DNA from: a virus
Taxonomy: Duplodnaviria > Caudoviricetes
Reading direction: 5' to 3' (one strand)
IMG/VR virus record: IMGVR_UViG_2832702071_000001
Coordinates: 1 to 64,000 of that record
DNA length: 64,000 nt
Position numbers and translations under genes: made by a program. Positions 60,594-64,000 of this stretch are shown here, piece by piece. Numbering within the stretch: the first letter of the stretch is position 1; each line of letters begins with the position of its first letter. The notes beneath the pieces are model-generated. The model saw only the letters and a program-made list of their open reading frames with translations, was not told the DNA's origin and searched no databases.

Positions 60594-61007
60594 TTATATT
60601 AAAAAATAATCATTGTTTTTCGTTGGAGCATCCCATAATTGTAATATAGATAGTAATGATGACGATTTTCGATTTAAATACTTTTCAAATAGTTCCTCAT
60701 ATGTTATACTAAGGTCATTAAGTAATTGAATATGAATATGCTCGACTGGTTCTTGAAATAGCCCTTCAAGAGCCAGTTTTTCGTTTTCTCTACACTTATT
60801 ACTAAAGTCTTCTTTGTTTGTCATACTCTTCTCTCGTTTGTAACTTTGAAAATGCAGAATATCAAAAGGAAAATTACCAGTGTTGTGAAAATCATCATAT
60901 ACCATCAAATCTTTATCGTCAGAAATCAAAAAACAAAATAATTCAACGTGTTTCAACAGTTTCGCCCCATATTTTTTAGCCATATTGATTTTATATTGTT
61001 CTAACAT
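60594..61007 (-). CDS. Hypothetical protein at the aimX position
   Basis: Strong RBS GAGGAGGAG, own promoter and terminator; directly downstream of aimP. Confidence 0.6.
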   Translation of the reverse strand: MLEQYKINMAKKYGAKLLKHVELFCFLISDDKDLMVYDDFHNTGNFPFDILHFQSYKREKSMTNKEDFSNKCRENEKLALEGLFQEPVEHIHIQLLNDLSITYEELFEKYLNRKSSSLLSILQLWDAPTKNNDYFLI

Positions 61008-61053
61008 ATATTTCTCCTCCTCGATGTTTTCATTATACTATAACCCACAAATA

Positions 61054-61067
61054 AGAACAAGTGTTCC
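61054..61067. promoter_or_regulatory. LexA (SOS/Cheo) box
   Basis: AGAACAAGTGTTCC fits GAAC-N4-GTTC and overlaps the -35 zone of a minus-strand promoter with -10 TATAAT at 61032-61037. Confidence 0.75.
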
Positions 61068-61129
61068 TATATACATTTATTATTCATTTTTTTATTTTTT
61101 ATAAAATTTTATAAATGTATTTTTTAGAT

Positions 61130-61164
61130 AACAAAAGCGCTACTATTAAAGTAACGCTTTTGTT
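61130..61164 (-). terminator. Terminator after aimP
   Basis: Inverted repeat aacaaaagcgctac...gtaacgcttttgtt. Confidence 0.7.
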
Positions 61165-61170
61165 GTGTTT

Positions 61171-61359
61171 CTAGCCTGGAGTTGGATCGGGATCAACATT
61201 CATTAAAATTTCGTAGTCCGTGCTATCATCTACTGCCATTGAAAATGTTTCGTGGTGTTCCTGGTCATATGTTTGATAAGATAATTGCGTATCATCTTGA
61301 CTTGCAACACCAAAAGATAGACCAACTACAATCAATAGTGCTAAAATAACTCTTTTCAA
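61171..61359 (-). CDS. aimP: AimP-like secreted arbitrium pro-peptide
   Basis: TTG start after GGGGGTGAG; signal peptide MKRVILALLIVVGLSFGVAS; ends MNVDPDPTPG; immediately follows the receptor gene. Confidence 0.75.
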   Translation of the reverse strand: MKRVILALLIVVGLSFGVASQDDTQLSYQTYDQEHHETFSMAVDDSTDYEILMNVDPDPTPG

Positions 61360-61392
61360 CTTCTCACCCCCTTTCAAAGTTAAGATATGTGT

Positions 61393-62442
61393 TTAATTGG
61401 CTTTTTTAATTGCTTCAATCAACCGATTGGATGAGTAGTGTTCTATTAATTTTTGTTCAGGTATTTTCGCTAAAAAATAATCTCCATCATTAACAAATCT
61501 AGTAAAAGACTCTAATATTCTTTCTTTATCTCCTTTTATTATTCCGTTGATATAAACATCTAAGTAATCTTTCTCATCGCAAATAAATATTTGATTAATT
61601 TTATTTTTTTTAATCGCATTAATTTTGTCAAACCTTGATGCAATCCCTTTTACATTCTGTTCTCCTACAATTTTAAAATATTCAATAGCTTTATTTTTAT
61701 ATAAATTCATCTTTTCTAATGATTCATCCATATAAGAAAGCGCAATGCTATTGTAGGCAAAACCCAAAAAACTATTAGAGATATTTAAAGATATAATTTC
61801 ACTACATATTTCTCTAGATTTTTCAATGTCCATTTTGTATCTAAGTTCTACGTGAGATTTTATTTGTAAAAATCGAGCTTTATAGTATTGAAATAAATTT
61901 GATCCCTCTATTTCATTTATCTTCTTAGATAGTAAAAGACAAATGCTATCGGTAGCTCTAAAGTTTTTTTCAATATAGAAATAATACATTTCCATTATTT
62001 TCAAAAAAACTTTGAATTCGGATTTATTGATTTTTAGATCCTCAATTGCCAGATACATATCCAAAGCTGAAATAAATCCTTGTTTCCAGTCTAAAAATAC
62101 ACTATACACCTCAGTAGCTTCTTTGACATCTTGATTTTTAAAACTCTTTGACCTTTCAACAATTTCTCTAGCCGAATCAAATTGATGATTAATTGCCATA
62201 TACTCCAACGCTACTAAAATATGGCTTGGTTTAGTGATAGATTGGCAATATTCTCTTAACAATTCTATCTCTTTTTCTGGGTCTAAAAACTTGACTAGCG
62301 ACAAAACAATATCGAATCTAATAGATTCATTTGACGTTAAGAATTTATGGATAATCCCTTCAGAGCAATTAATTTGTTTACTTATATGGTTATAAGTGTA
62401 CCCCTTTACTTCCATTGTGTTTAACAGTTGTTGTCTAATCAT
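61393..62442 (-). CDS. aimR: AimR-like HTH-TPR peptide receptor
   Basis: N-terminal HTH, ALEYM motif, helical TPR-like body and C-terminal S..F...GDYFLAKIP; about 350 aa. Confidence 0.8.
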   Translation of the reverse strand: MIRQQLLNTMEVKGYTYNHISKQINCSEGIIHKFLTSNESIRFDIVLSLVKFLDPEKEIELLREYCQSITKPSHILVALEYMAINHQFDSAREIVERSKSFKNQDVKEATEVYSVFLDWKQGFISALDMYLAIEDLKINKSEFKVFLKIMEMYYFYIEKNFRATDSICLLLSKKINEIEGSNLFQYYKARFLQIKSHVELRYKMDIEKSREICSEIISLNISNSFLGFAYNSIALSYMDESLEKMNLYKNKAIEYFKIVGEQNVKGIASRFDKINAIKKNKINQIFICDEKDYLDVYINGIIKGDKERILESFTRFVNDGDYFLAKIPEQKLIEHYSSNRLIEAIKKAN

Positions 62443-62591
62443 GCCTAAGTCACCCTCGCTGATATTGGTATGAACCAATAATACCATTTTTGTTTCATAT
62501 TTGCAACGATTTTTTCCCAATATTTTCATTGTTTTTACTACTTATTTCATATATACTTTCCATATACATATAATAGAGGTGGTAAACGGAT

Positions 62592-62891
62592 ATGAATTTT
62601 ATTATCGCAGAAAACTTAAAATTAATACGCTCCACAAATGGCTACTCACTAAGTCTTGTTAGCGAAGGAACGGGTATCACAAAATCAACCTTATCTAGAA
62701 TAGAAAATGGTAAATCACCTATAACGGTTGACCACCTAGATAGTTTAACCTCATTTTACAACATTGATATTAAATTGCTATTCATTAAAATTAAAAATGA
62801 AAACAAACGTGAATACATAAATTTATTAGAAAAAATTAAACGAACACCGATTGAAAATGTAAGCATCGAAATGTTGAGAAAATTTGTTTAA
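62592..62891 (+). CDS. XRE-family HTH regulator, divergent from aimR
   Basis: ENLKLIR..GYSLSLVS..TGITKSTLSRIENG; RBS GAGGTGG. Confidence 0.88.
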   Translation: MNFIIAENLKLIRSTNGYSLSLVSEGTGITKSTLSRIENGKSPITVDHLDSLTSFYNIDIKLLFIKIKNENKREYINLLEKIKRTPIENVSIEMLRKFV

Positions 62892-62967
62892 CTTTAAATA
62901 TATTATAATACATTTTCTCAACATTTGTACGACTAATCGTTCGACACTTATCGACTAAATGCGATTT

Positions 62968-63870
62968 TTATTCATTCTTGCCAACTAACAATTCTACGTG
63001 GTAAGCGTCATCGTCGTCAATTAATTGCGCTATCGCCCGTAGTTTATTGGCAAGTACCGAACCTGTATCTTCATTTTTTAACTCAAATAAAAAACTAAAG
63101 TCGTCATTTAATTCATGACTAAATTTATCGATATTATCCTGTTTGATTTCAGTGTTTTCTGGACTAGATATTTTATTTTCCTCGCCACTATCACCCTGAC
63201 TGTAACTACTACCAACACCTAGCATATCGTAGTCTGACTCTTCCTTATTTTCTTGATTATATATAAAAGCTTCATCTTCAATAGTTTCTTGTTCGTTTCT
63301 AGCAGCCTTTCTCCATTGGGATCTACTTGATTTCAGACTAGATGAAGATTTATATCCCCAATAATCCGCCAATTCTTCATAAGTAAACCCATCATCATTT
63401 AAATACTTATCAAGTAAATTATTTTTTTCTTTTGGACTTAGCTTATTAAATTCTTTTCTATTAATAATTTTATCAGCCACAACAGATGCACCCTTTTCTT
63501 CATTTATTAATTTATTTTTAATATTATAAAAAGATGTTTCACTAATACCCATAGATTCTGCGATATGTCTATTTGTATTATTTTTCATCCATCTTAATAA
63601 TAGTTCTTTTTGTCTTCCTCGATTTAAATTTTTAAAATCCCTGTAATTCATTATATCAATATATAAGTTAGACACTTTAGTCTTAGAATTTTTTTTATTA
63701 GGCTGACCTTTAAAATTCGACAATCCCCTCCAATAGCCACTTGATTTTGCTTTTTCACCTCTACTCACCTTATTGTGAGAACCCCTACCGATGCGCTTTT
63801 GAGTGCTTATCTCTTTGTTAAACATCCGAGTAATTTCTTCTGAACTTTCTAATTTAACCATAATTAGCAC
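62968..63870 (-). CDS. Hypothetical protein with two HTH-like repeats
   Basis: TNRHIAESMGIS and TYEELADYWG segments, each preceded by a similar F..L...Q/K..LL motif. Confidence 0.5.
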   Translation of the reverse strand: MLIMVKLESSEEITRMFNKEISTQKRIGRGSHNKVSRGEKAKSSGYWRGLSNFKGQPNKKNSKTKVSNLYIDIMNYRDFKNLNRGRQKELLLRWMKNNTNRHIAESMGISETSFYNIKNKLINEEKGASVVADKIINRKEFNKLSPKEKNNLLDKYLNDDGFTYEELADYWGYKSSSSLKSSRSQWRKAARNEQETIEDEAFIYNQENKEESDYDMLGVGSSYSQGDSGEENKISSPENTEIKQDNIDKFSHELNDDFSFLFELKNEDTGSVLANKLRAIAQLIDDDDAYHVELLVGKNE

Positions 63871-64000
63871 CTCCCATCTTAACCCTATTATACCTTAATT
63901 TTTAACTTTTTAAAACTGTTTAATTAGTTTTCCGGTAAAAAATTCTTCAGTCTTCCCATCCATGATTAAACTTGAATCATTTAATTTATCTTCTAACATT

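Overview
This window is 64 kb of an AT-rich temperate phage or prophage of the SPbeta-like type, probably from a Bacillaceae host. Almost all genes are on the minus strand, and no complete virion genes are present. In transcription order (right to left) it has four parts. (1) A lysis-lysogeny module: AimR-like receptor, AimP-like pro-peptide, a candidate aimX-position gene with a LexA box, a YopR/MrpR-like recombinase-fold protein and HTH regulators. (2) About 27 kb of small accessory genes, including Tad1-like and Apyc1-like anti-defence genes, two macrodomains, a DEDD exonuclease, a nucleotidyltransferase, an HNH protein and YopX. (3) Replication and nucleotide metabolism genes: SSB-like protein, AAA ATPase, helicase, primase, an intein-containing C5 methyltransferase, RecJ, nrdHIEF, nrdD (group I intron with GIY-YIG), nrdG, dUTPase, thyA (group I intron), DHFR, DnaE and RecU. 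(4) A large serine recombinase. The main unexplained structure is a 16-bp palindrome, TAAAA-N6-TTTTA, with a variable 6-bp spacer. It occurs about 45 times, mostly at boundaries between accessory genes, which suggests an integron-like cassette array. Also notable are a 6-nt stop-containing insert in the RecJ active-site motif and about 17 copies of a 19-bp promoter/operator element. All calls and counts come from reading by eye; no database searches were run.
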